Virus record (IMG/VR): IMGVR_UViG_3300009528_000007
Coordinates: 1 to 50,163 of that record
Source of the DNA: a virus
Taxonomy: Duplodnaviria > Caudoviricetes
Reading direction: 5' to 3' (one strand)
Length of the DNA: 50,163 bases
Shown here: positions 36,035-45,242 of the stretch, in pieces
How the letters are laid out: the number at the start of each line of letters is the position of its first letter
Position numbering within the stretch: position 1 is the first letter of the stretch
Notes under the pieces: model-generated
What the model was told of the DNA's origin: nothing
Database searches by the model: none
What the model saw: the letters and a program-made list of their open reading frames with translations, nothing else
Position numbers and translations under genes: made by a program

Positions 36035-37354
36035 ATGGGAAAGAAATATGTTATTCGACTAAACAAGGGACTAGACTACACTTCTCCCGCACTTTACGCC
36101 CCGCCTGGTTCCATGCTTTACCCTTCCAAAAATGTAAGGATAGACCAGAATAGCGCAAAGAAGCGGTGGGGATACCACACGGCACACAAGAGCATGGGTG
36201 CTGGGGTTGATGTTCAGCATATTATTGACTATCAGTTAAAGACTGGGACGGCGGCAACAAGGCATACGTTGTATTTAACTGATACTGATTTATGCAAAAA
36301 GGAAACTGGTGGAAGTAATACTTTCTCATATAAAACAGATACGGGAGATTATGATAGTTCCGTTACCAACATAACAACCGATACGGTTACATTTAAGGCA
36401 AACACAATAGCGAAGACGGAGAACATAGCGGTAGATGATAAATTTATTCTTGATATTGATCATTCTTCATCAATAGAGCCTGATGAGCATTGGGGAACAA
36501 TTAAAACAGTAAATACAAATGGGGATTATTTTACAAGCATAGTTCTTGATGATGCCTATACGGGGACAGATGGTGACCACGCAGATGTAGATTGTCTTAT
36601 TCGTAGGATATATAGCATGCCGACCAATGAGCGTTGGTCATGGGCTATAGTGGATGATAAATTTTGTTTTACTAATGGAAATACAGATGTTCAATATTGG
36701 GATGGAGCAGCAGATACTTACGCTGTTGACCTTGAAACAGCCCTCACTGTAGCCAGGCAGGCAAGGTATTGTATCGAGTTTGCGAATCGCCTGATTATAG
36801 CTGACTACGGCACCACTCGTGACCCGCTGGGGCTGGGGTGGTCTAAAGAGGGAGATCCCACAAACTGGACTGCAAGCTCTGCTGGGGCTGTAGCTTTTCT
36901 GCAATCTGCGGACTTTATCACTGGATTAGGAAAGATTGGAACCAGTCTATTTGTTTATAAAAAAGACTCTTACCATGTTGGTAATAGAACGGGGAACGCA
37001 TTTAAACCACTTGAATTTCCTGTGCACAAGTTAGGGCTTGGATTAACAGCACCATACAGCCTTGTTGATTTTATGGGAACTAATGCATTTTTGGGGCGGG
37101 ATAACTTCTATGCAATTGTTGGTATATATCCCCAAGCGATTGGTGATGCGATACAAGAGCTCTTCTTCGGTGAGGTTACACAGGCTGAGGTAGAAAAGAC
37201 ATGGGGATTTGTGAATGAACTGGAACACGAGATTCACTGGATAGCTGAAACGACCACTTATGGGCAGCTTGACTTTGTTTATAACTGGTTCAATCGGCGG
37301 TGGATGATTTATGACTTTCACGATGGCATTACAGGAGCGGGGCGAGGCGTGTAA
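36035..37354 (+). CDS. Tail nozzle / DNA-stabilisation protein (P22 gp10 or T7 gp12-like), N-terminal part
   Basis: NVRID..., NRLII, WS..GDP..W, ITGL and G..APYS beta-propeller motifs. Confidence 0.7.
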   Translation: MGKKYVIRLNKGLDYTSPALYAPPGSMLYPSKNVRIDQNSAKKRWGYHTAHKSMGAGVDVQHIIDYQLKTGTAATRHTLYLTDTDLCKKETGGSNTFSYKTDTGDYDSSVTNITTDTVTFKANTIAKTENIAVDDKFILDIDHSSSIEPDEHWGTIKTVNTNGDYFTSIVLDDAYTGTDGDHADVDCLIRRIYSMPTNERWSWAIVDDKFCFTNGNTDVQYWDGAADTYAVDLETALTVARQARYCIEFANRLIIADYGTTRDPLGLGWSKEGDPTNWTASSAGAVAFLQSADFITGLGKIGTSLFVYKKDSYHVGNRTGNAFKPLEFPVHKLGLGLTAPYSLVDFMGTNAFLGRDNFYAIVGIYPQAIGDAIQELFFGEVTQAEVEKTWGFVNELEHEIHWIAETTTYGQLDFVYNWFNRRWMIYDFHDGITGAGRGV

Positions 37355-37806
37355 TGACTACTTTTAATAGATACCTCGGCACAGACGCTGGAACCGTGCA
37401 TCTCCATCACGCAGACTACAAGGGTGATGGTGGAGAAGATATTGCGGCAACGTGGATTTCGGGGAGACTTGATTTTGTCGATCAGATACCAGAAGCATCT
37501 GGTAGGTGGAAAACACTAAACAGCCTCGAACTCACATATGTTGATATGGGAGATATTTCCATAACTGTATCTGTGAGTGTAGATGGTGGAGTAAGCTGGA
37601 CAGATAGTTCGGCAACTACCATAGGAACTGATGCCGCAGGGAGCGATGCCACATTAAGGAAAGTAAAGACCAAGTTGTTTTATTATCGTATCACGGGGCG
37701 ACACTTTAATTTCAAGATAACCTTCACTGCAAGTGCTGATATTTTTCAGTGGTTGGAGTTGGAGGCAGACCTGACAATAGGGGGCGAATACTTCGATATA
37801 TCATGA
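37354..37806 (+). CDS. Tail nozzle C-terminal part encoded as a separate gene
   Basis: S.DGG.SW and GR.F.FKIT motifs usually found at the nozzle C-terminus. Confidence 0.55.
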   Translation: MTTFNRYLGTDAGTVHLHHADYKGDGGEDIAATWISGRLDFVDQIPEASGRWKTLNSLELTYVDMGDISITVSVSVDGGVSWTDSSATTIGTDAAGSDATLRKVKTKLFYYRITGRHFNFKITFTASADIFQWLELEADLTIGGEYFDIS

Positions 37807-39809
37807 AAATTTCAAGACGCATGGAATGGCCTTATATAGATGAGTTTGAATCCCTCGAAGATGTTTCGAGTTATTGTCAATTATTGTATCAAACATTAAC
37901 AGAGGAGTCTGCATTAAGGGCAATAGAGCTAGATGTGCCCTATACTGATGGCTACAATGTGTTCCTGGGTCATGAAGCTGGCATAAGCAATACAATATCC
38001 CTTGATGATACTGAAGGAGTCTATAATGTTTTTATAGGGCATCAGGCTGGGTATTCAAATACTACGGGAATTAAGAATATTGGTATTGGATATAAACCAC
38101 TATACACAAACACTACTGGTGGCGAAAATACTGCCCTCGGTTCAGAGGCTTTATATTCAAATACTACGGGAGCCAATAACGTAGCCCTTGGGAACGATGC
38201 TTTATACACAAATGCAACTGGAAATTACAATGTTGCAGTTGGGTTTGAAGCATTAAAAGTATCTACCGCTAGTAATAACGTGGCAGTCGGTTATCAGGCC
38301 TTGGTAGCAAATACAAGTGGGGCGAATAATATTGCCCTTGGATATCAAACCCTTGATGCTAACAGCACGGGTGCAGGGAATGTAGCAATTGGAGAGTCTG
38401 CTTTAACTGCGAACACTACAGCAAGTTTTAATCTGGCGATAGGCTATAACGCCCTTACATCAAATACGGATGGACACACCAACATAGCGATTGGACACAG
38501 TGCCCTAACTGGAAACACGAGTGCAGATTATAATATAGCCATAGGTTACCAAGCCTTGGATGCCTCGAATACTGGAGATAAAAATATCGCCATCGGATTT
38601 GGTTGCCTGGGAACAAACACTTCGGGGTATGAAAATGTTGCCATTGGTTATGAAGCATTAAAAGTTAATGTAGGTGGTTATTATAATGTAGCTATTGGTG
38701 TTGGGTGTGGAATAGGCATGACTTCGGGAGATTCTAATGTAGCTATTGGTTATCAAAGTTTATATACAAATACAATTAGCGATAATAATGTAGCAATAGG
38801 ACATAAGGCATTGTATTCTCACCTTGATTCTGCTGGTAGTAATGTTGCTATTGGATGGCTTGCAGGAGAGGACACTACAGGAGGTAGCAATGTTATGGTC
38901 GGTGCTGTAGCTGGACAAAATGTACTTGGTGCTGAAAATACTCTTATTGGCTCTGGTGCTGGACAAGGTGGGAACGGCTCAACAGCCACAAAAAATGTAT
39001 GTGTTGGAACTGATGCAGGGGGGAGTCTCACTACAGGTGAAAAAAATGTTTTCATTGGTTATCAGTGTGCCTATACCAGAGAAACTACTGGCTCTAACAA
39101 ACTCTACATAGCAAACTCCAACACAGCCACGCCTCTTATCTATGGTAAGTTTGATAATGGCTTTCTTGCTATTAATGACAATGCCAACACCAAAATGACG
39201 GCAGGGCTTACCATAAACCAAGGTGCATACGACAATGAAATCCTTGCCTTTAAATCAAGTGATATAGCTCATGGATGTACTGTTAGAGCAGAAACAGATA
39301 CATTTGGATATTTTAAAAAAGTCTCGGCTACTGGAGGTGGCCTAGATATAACGGGGTTTGGTGAAGGGCAATACGGACTTTATTTTATCGGTGCCACTGG
39401 AACTGATAATACCGATAAAGACGCAACTGCTCATGCAACAATAATACTAGACACATATACAATATCTGGGACAAATTGGGGCGCAAAAGGTGCAGATGCT
39501 AATATTCTTGCCGTAAAGGCGGTGGGTGGGACTAGATTCATAGTAGATGAGGATGGTGATGTTCTTTATGACGGTACAGCAGGTGCTTATCAAGACCATG
39601 ATGATATAGAATTACTCGCCGAACTTGAAGTAAATTTAGATAAATCAAATAAATTAAAAAGCAATAATAAATATAAGAAAAAAGACTTAGAAGATGCGAA
39701 ATTACTAAGACCATTTCTGAGCACCAAGAGATTGAACATGCTCCAGATGGGGGCAATACGTCAACTTAATGAGAAAATCGAGGCATTAGAGGCGAGGTTA
39801 GATGAGTAG
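37803..39809 (+). CDS. Tail fibre/spike with about 14-aa N.A.G (YadA-head-like) repeats and C-terminal coiled coil
   Basis: Many NxAxGxxAL repeats; GAIRQLNEKIEALEARL end. Confidence 0.75.
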   Translation: MKISRRMEWPYIDEFESLEDVSSYCQLLYQTLTEESALRAIELDVPYTDGYNVFLGHEAGISNTISLDDTEGVYNVFIGHQAGYSNTTGIKNIGIGYKPLYTNTTGGENTALGSEALYSNTTGANNVALGNDALYTNATGNYNVAVGFEALKVSTASNNVAVGYQALVANTSGANNIALGYQTLDANSTGAGNVAIGESALTANTTASFNLAIGYNALTSNTDGHTNIAIGHSALTGNTSADYNIAIGYQALDASNTGDKNIAIGFGCLGTNTSGYENVAIGYEALKVNVGGYYNVAIGVGCGIGMTSGDSNVAIGYQSLYTNTISDNNVAIGHKALYSHLDSAGSNVAIGWLAGEDTTGGSNVMVGAVAGQNVLGAENTLIGSGAGQGGNGSTATKNVCVGTDAGGSLTTGEKNVFIGYQCAYTRETTGSNKLYIANSNTATPLIYGKFDNGFLAINDNANTKMTAGLTINQGAYDNEILAFKSSDIAHGCTVRAETDTFGYFKKVSATGGGLDITGFGEGQYGLYFIGATGTDNTDKDATAHATIILDTYTISGTNWGAKGADANILAVKAVGGTRFIVDEDGDVLYDGTAGAYQDHDDIELLAELEVNLDKSNKLKSNNKYKKKDLEDAKLLRPFLSTKRLNMLQMGAIRQLNEKIEALEARLDE

Positions 39810-40269
39810 ATACATAGCGAGGTTTATAACTCATGAAGACTACAAGTGCAATCATTGCAGGCGACTCCCCGTAGACTTCTACAGCGACGACGGTGGAGTA
39901 AGGAGTAGGACACCAGTTATTTATCAGGAGTTTTTTTCAGCATATGAAAAATTCAGAGTGCCTTGGGGGCGACCAATCCACTGGACATCAGGTTACCGCT
40001 GTCCTTATTGGAATGAACATGAAGGTGGCAGCCCCATAAGTATCCATATATTTGGATTGGCTGGTGATTTAGAATGTAAAGATAATGACGAACTTGAAGG
40101 GCTTTATCAATGTATTCTTACATTTAGCCCAGAGCTAAGGCTTGGGAAGTATAGGGAAAGAATTATAGATGGGAAGAAGATAAATCCCTTTATTCACTAT
40201 GATGTTGGTTATGAAATAATCCCAAGGTTGACTAAGAAGTGGCGTAAGATGGCGAGATGGACGGGGTAA
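39802..40269 (+). CDS. Peptidase M15A-family endolysin
   Basis: SGYRCP..N...GGS..S.H..G.A.D...FIH.D. Confidence 0.85.
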   Translation: MSRYIARFITHEDYKCNHCRRLPVDFYSDDGGVRSRTPVIYQEFFSAYEKFRVPWGRPIHWTSGYRCPYWNEHEGGSPISIHIFGLAGDLECKDNDELEGLYQCILTFSPELRLGKYRERIIDGKKINPFIHYDVGYEIIPRLTKKWRKMARWTG

Positions 40270-40340
40270 TCATGGGAAAATATAACAGAAAAGATAGACA
40301 AAAACCTCCTTTTTGTAATATACTTACAAAGGAGGTCGAG

Positions 40341-40760
40341 ATGAAACATCTAAAACTTAGCTTAATTAGCCTTGTTATTTTGTCTCTAATTTATTGTGCA
40401 AGTGCAAGAGTTACTCCATATCCAAAACTTAATTACACGCCTACGAAACCCAAGGAAGTTCTGATTTATTATATGCCACCTACAGTTGAGTTTGAAATTA
40501 TTGGAGAAATAGAGGGAGCTGGTGCTGCGCTAGCTTCATGGAACACAGTTAGGAATGTCATGAAAAAAGCGGCTGCTTCTATTGGGGGAGATGCAATTAT
40601 TATCGTTGATAAAAAAACGCCATATGTGGGAACGTATCGTACACCTGATACCGCAAATGCTTTTATTTATGGAAATTACGTCTATTATACCTATCGTCCA
40701 GGAACATCTTATGCTATTCATAGGAAATATGTTTTAGGCATAGTGGTAAAATGGAGATAG
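40341..40760 (+). CDS. Putative lipoprotein (YbjQ-like)
   Basis: Signal peptide with Cys (LSLIYC); KKAAASIGGDAIII; AGGAGG RBS. Confidence 0.6.
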   Translation: MKHLKLSLISLVILSLIYCASARVTPYPKLNYTPTKPKEVLIYYMPPTVEFEIIGEIEGAGAALASWNTVRNVMKKAAASIGGDAIIIVDKKTPYVGTYRTPDTANAFIYGNYVYYTYRPGTSYAIHRKYVLGIVVKWR

Positions 40761-40864
40761 GGAAATAATTCTTTTATAAACTACTCAAAGAAAGGTGAGA
40801 ATAAAGAGTTGGTTAGTTTTTATTATTTACTGTATCATCTTGACATTGGCTTATTTATAATCTA

Positions 40865-41347
40865 ATGGAATATAAATATTTCAAACCATTCAAACCAACT
40901 GATGTGAAGATAAAAGAGTTGGCAAGTAGATTAATGAATGATTATCTTTATCTTTCGGACGAATTTAGGGACTGGAAAATAATCTATAAAATACTCTTCA
41001 ATAATATTAGTAACAAAAAGTCTAATGATTTTTGGGAAATTGGTGAATTTGGTGGAATACTTGGCTTTACTGGTATTTTAGAGGGCTGGAAATGTGGAGT
41101 AACCCTGAAGTTTTGGGATAAGAAACTATGGGGGACAAAATTTGTAAGAGAGGCAAGAGAATTAATAAAGGAGATTATGAATAAATATAACTTAAAGCGT
41201 ATATCAACTTCGAGCCCGGATGAAAGAATTGTAAAAATGGCAAAGTTGGTAAGATTCAAAGTTGAGGGAAGGTTTAAATGTGGATTCAAATGGAATAATA
41301 AATTTTATACGCTTCATATGTTAAGAATTTTAAAGGAGGAATTATAA
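40865..41347 (+). CDS. GNAT-fold acetyltransferase
   Basis: LKRI.T......KMA..V.FKVEG; position before the ejection genes. Confidence 0.65.
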   Translation: MEYKYFKPFKPTDVKIKELASRLMNDYLYLSDEFRDWKIIYKILFNNISNKKSNDFWEIGEFGGILGFTGILEGWKCGVTLKFWDKKLWGTKFVREARELIKEIMNKYNLKRISTSSPDERIVKMAKLVRFKVEGRFKCGFKWNNKFYTLHMLRILKEEL

Positions 41348-42072
41348 TGTGTTGTGAACTTTTTGAAGGAAAGGAGATAGATTTTGAAGCAATGGTACCC
41401 GAACACCAAAAGGAGTTTGCGAAGAAGTTCTTTGAAGACTTTCTTACGCCCGCACTGGGGAAATTTACCTTGGGGCGAGGGGCGACACCTTTTGAGGGGC
41501 CTTTGACAGCACCTGCTATGAACCCGTTTACCCAGAGTGCAATGGGAATGATGGCAAAGTCTCCATACGGCAAAATGGGAAACTGGGGACAGATGCCAGG
41601 CTTTGGAACCGCCATGGGTTATCCTGGTGCAACAGACTGGTCTACTTCTCCCGATGAAGATTATCCAATAACCATTGATGACCCAGATTTTAGGCCAATA
41701 AATGGAGACGAAGATGGAGATGATGGAGACGGGGGTGGAAAAGATGGGGATGAAGACGAAGAGGATAAAGACAAAGTAAAAAAGGTTCAACATGGATTTC
41801 ATGGCACAGTAACTGGGCCGAAAACTTTTCAGGTGGAACCAGGAGTTAGGGAACGTGTCGATATTTCACCAATGCGGGGGCAAATGCCTGGAAGGCAACG
41901 ACCACCGACAGGAACTGGACAAGACCTCATGCAGTTGTTTTCTTTAATACAGCGACTTTCACAGCTTCCACAGCGACCACCGATGGGGCAAATGCCTGGG
42001 GTGCGTCAACCAGGAATGACAGGGGGACGAGTTGGGGCGATGCAACGGCCACGCCTGCCCTTTATGCGATGA
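41347..42072 (+). CDS. Putative internal virion/ejection protein
   Basis: Low complexity with acidic and PGQM-rich tracts. Confidence 0.5.
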   Translation: MCCELFEGKEIDFEAMVPEHQKEFAKKFFEDFLTPALGKFTLGRGATPFEGPLTAPAMNPFTQSAMGMMAKSPYGKMGNWGQMPGFGTAMGYPGATDWSTSPDEDYPITIDDPDFRPINGDEDGDDGDGGGKDGDEDEEDKDKVKKVQHGFHGTVTGPKTFQVEPGVRERVDISPMRGQMPGRQRPPTGTGQDLMQLFSLIQRLSQLPQRPPMGQMPGVRQPGMTGGRVGAMQRPRLPFMR

Positions 42073-42260
42073 TGAAAAACCGATTAAATAAATTATGGAA
42101 TCTACCCATAAAAAACCCTACTCAGACGAGTAGATATTTCAGATTTTTGAAAGGGCCTGATTCAGAGATAAAAACAATGTTTACTGAGAGTGCTAAAAAA
42201 TTTAATGAGAAAAACAAAGATTTACTAAAGACAAGATACTCAAGATTTCTAGAGGATTAA
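42069..42260 (+). CDS. Hypothetical protein
   Basis: ORF track. Confidence 0.4.
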   Translation: MMKNRLNKLWNLPIKNPTQTSRYFRFLKGPDSEIKTMFTESAKKFNEKNKDLLKTRYSRFLED

Positions 42261-42261
42261 A

Positions 42262-43563
42262 ATGATAGACACAACAAAAATACTAGATTTAGAAAAACTC
42301 ACACGTACTCCAGGGTACCAGGCTAATATTCCAGGTGCCCGTCCTCCAGAGTGGGGAACTCGCCCAACTGGAGATTACGGTTGGGGAGGAGCGGGATGGA
42401 CGCCAGCGGGGGACATACCAGCAGAGTGGGCTAAGTTTTCAACACAACCTTGGTCATCCGAACTCGCTTCGGCAGCATCCTGGCCACAACCAACTACAGC
42501 GATAGACCTAGAGAGGCTATCTCGTACTCCAGGATATACTGCAAACATTCCTGGAGCACGCCCCCCAGAATGGGGGACACGTCCAGATGCGGGTTACAGC
42601 TGGGGTGGAACAAGTTGGATGCCAACAACACAGATACCGCAGGAGTGGGCTAAGTTTTCAGAGCAGCCTTGGTCATCCGAACTTGGTGCAGCGGCATTTA
42701 TGCAACAACCACAGCAACTTCCGCCACCACCAGGTCAAATGTTTGATATAGAAAAACTCACACGCACACCAGGGTACACTACCAATATCCCTGGGGCACG
42801 TCCTCCCGAATGGGAAACATATCCAGGTGAAGGTTATAGTTGGGGTGGAACGAGGTGGATGAGAACAGAAGAAATACCAGCAGAATGGGCTAAATTCTCG
42901 ACACAACCCTGGTCTCCTGAAGCTGTTTCAATGGCAGCTGCACAACCATGGAAACAAATAGAAGAGGCACCTCCAGGGGGAGAAGAATTTCCATATCCTA
43001 CACAATGGGGAGTAGCAAGTGATGTATTAACAGAGATGGCACAAACAGGTATGCCAGGAATGACAGAAGAGTACGCACAGCAAGCTTGGTTGCCGTACAA
43101 GAGAAGGGGACAAGAAGAAGCCATGCAGGCGAGAGAACAGGCTGGTCTTTCAGGCCTTCGCTGGTCAACACCACTTGCTGGTAGGCTTGAGGATATATGG
43201 GGCGGAGCATCGGAAAGATTTGGAAGCGAAATGGAACAAATGAGAATGCAGGATATAGCGGGTCAAAGAGGAGCACGCTTAGGGGCCACGGGACAGTTAG
43301 CAGGACTGGGTGAACAATACGCACGCTTACCAACTGACATATCACAACAAATGATGGGAATGGGAGGCATGTTACAGCAAATGCAACAACAAGAGATTGC
43401 CCCATTACTTCAAGAGTTTATGAGAACTCAACCTGAATACTCACCTTTACTTCAGTATATGTTTGGTGGAGCCACTGGACTTCCAACTGGGCCCCAAATG
43501 TATGGGCCTTCTGCTGGGGGTAATATAATGAGTTGGCTTCCGTTTTTATTGGGGCTTTTATAA
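42262..43563 (+). CDS. Putative DNA-ejection protein with three tandem Trp/Pro-rich repeats
   Basis: Q/A/G-rich C-terminus typical of pilot or ejection proteins. Confidence 0.6.
   Translation: MIDTTKILDLEKLTRTPGYQANIPGARPPEWGTRPTGDYGWGGAGWTPAGDIPAEWAKFSTQPWSSELASAASWPQPTTAIDLERLSRTPGYTANIPGARPPEWGTRPDAGYSWGGTSWMPTTQIPQEWAKFSEQPWSSELGAAAFMQQPQQLPPPPGQMFDIEKLTRTPGYTTNIPGARPPEWETYPGEGYSWGGTRWMRTEEIPAEWAKFSTQPWSPEAVSMAAAQPWKQIEEAPPGGEEFPYPTQWGVASDVLTEMAQTGMPGMTEEYAQQAWLPYKRRGQEEAMQAREQAGLSGLRWSTPLAGRLEDIWGGASERFGSEMEQMRMQDIAGQRGARLGATGQLAGLGEQYARLPTDISQQMMGMGGMLQQMQQQEIAPLLQEFMRTQPEYSPLLQYMFGGATGLPTGPQMYGPSAGGNIMSWLPFLLGLL
42286..42940 (+). repeat. Three tandem intragenic repeats (periods 219 and 240 nt)
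   Basis: D(L/I)E(K/R)L.RTPGY..NIPGARPPEW.T.P...Y.WGG..W....IP.EWAKFS.QPWS.E. Confidence 0.9.
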
Positions 43564-43599
43564 TCATAAACTTAAAGTAATATTGATGATGGGCTTGAT

Positions 43600-44292
43600 A
43601 TGGTGTATAATATAGGCATGATGAAACAATATGAAGATAAGGATTGGCTACAAAAGAAGTATTGGGATGAAGAATTAAGCACATATGAGATGGCTAGGTT
43701 GTGTGAGTGTTCACAAAGTACAATTTGTTATTGGATGCATAAATCAAGAATTAAATTACGAAATCATTCAGAAGTACGATTAATAATACGAAAAAAATGC
43801 AAGCTTATATATTGGAATAAAGATTGGTTAACTGAACAATATTGGAAAAAGCAATTAAGTTCTTGTCAAATTGCTAAAATTTGTGGTGTTCGCAAAAATG
43901 CCATTCTCCGCTCGATGAAGAAGCTTAATATTCCAAGAAGAACCCTTAGCGAGGCTCGTAAAGGAAAGTTTTCCGGCAGTAATAATGCTCAATGGAAGGG
44001 TGGAAGAAGCGTAGCGAAAGGAGGCTATGTTTATATTTATGTTTTTGAACATCCTAATAAAAATAACCGAAATTGTGTATTTGAACATCGGCTTATAATG
44101 GAAAAACACATCGGAAGATACTTATATCTCTGGGAAACTGTCCACCATATTAATGGAATTAAAACAGATAATAGAATTGAGAATTTAAAATTACTCCCAG
44201 GGAATGAACACAATACAAGAGTACAGGAAGTTTATAAAGAAAATCTATTCTTAAAAGAACAACTAGCTAATTTTTTAAGCATTAAAACTTAA
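43600..44292 (+). CDS. HNH homing endonuclease with duplicated HTH N-terminus
   Basis: KDWL...YW twice; WKGG; EHRLIME; [16 protein letters not shown]. Confidence 0.85.
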   Translation: MVYNIGMMKQYEDKDWLQKKYWDEELSTYEMARLCECSQSTICYWMHKSRIKLRNHSEVRLIIRKKCKLIYWNKDWLTEQYWKKQLSSCQIAKICGVRKNAILRSMKKLNIPRRTLSEARKGKFSGSNNAQWKGGRSVAKGGYVYIYVFEHPNKNNRNCVFEHRLIMEKHIGRYLYLWETVHHINGIKTDNRIENLKLLPGNEHNTRVQEVYKENLFLKEQLANFLSIKT

Positions 44293-44304
44293 CGGAGATA
44301 TAAA

Positions 44305-45240
44305 ATGGACGGTAGACAAAGACAGGGATATTCTTATTATGGTAGGCCTCAATCACAAGGCCCTTGGCACGATCCCTATCAGAAGGGCCCAGCATGGGGA
44401 CGGGGAATAAGAGATTTATTACAAAACATCATGATGATGAAACAGTTAAAAGAAGAACGGGGCGAAGAACGTGGCGAGAGAGAATTCGAGAGAGGAATTG
44501 AGAGAGAAGAGCGAGAGAGGAAGTTTGAACGCTGGGGAGTACAGGAAGAGTTGTGGAAAGCCCAGACTGAAAAAACATTGCAACCACCTAAACCACCTAC
44601 AACTCCCGACTATCTTCAAAAAGCAGATTCTTTGGTAGCAGAAGGAGTGGCAAAGGACAGGGGCGAAGCATTGTCTATGATATTAAAGATAGGGCAAGAA
44701 CCAATAGATGTTTATTCTAGGAAAAAGAAAGACCTAGGTGAAGCCTTACGAGTAGGAACTATTACTCAGGATCAATATAACAAGTCTCTATTTAATTTGA
44801 AACAAGAACTAACACCAGGTGAATTGAGGCGTAAGGGAGCTACAATTAGAGATGGTAACATGAGGGAAATAAGGGATTTTTTTAAAACCATCCCTGGTCT
44901 CATAGATAACAAGGGGCGTATGGTTTCTAGGAAATTAAGGAAAATAGTAGAAAAACAAGAAGGGGGTCTTCCCCTCTCATCACAGGGATATAGGCTAGAT
45001 ATGCCCGAAAGATACAATAGGGCTATCTTAAATAAAAGAGATGGCGTGCCAACAGTAGAGGATTTAGATGTAATCGCAAAGTACGATGCCATGTTCAGTG
45101 TCTTTCGGGATAGATTAATGGCAGGAGGCATTGATTCATTTAAAAAATACATAGCATCGCCAAATACAAGAGACTTGAGAGATGACCCAAATTTTGATAA
45201 CGGTCAAATTAAATTATGGTATGAGATTTTTAAGAAATAA
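44305..45240 (+). CDS. Putative internal virion/ejection protein
   Basis: Position and charged helical composition. Confidence 0.5.
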   Translation: MDGRQRQGYSYYGRPQSQGPWHDPYQKGPAWGRGIRDLLQNIMMMKQLKEERGEERGEREFERGIEREERERKFERWGVQEELWKAQTEKTLQPPKPPTTPDYLQKADSLVAEGVAKDRGEALSMILKIGQEPIDVYSRKKKDLGEALRVGTITQDQYNKSLFNLKQELTPGELRRKGATIRDGNMREIRDFFKTIPGLIDNKGRMVSRKLRKIVEKQEGGLPLSSQGYRLDMPERYNRAILNKRDGVPTVEDLDVIAKYDAMFSVFRDRLMAGGIDSFKKYIASPNTRDLRDDPNFDNGQIKLWYEIFKK

Positions 45241-45242
45241 CA

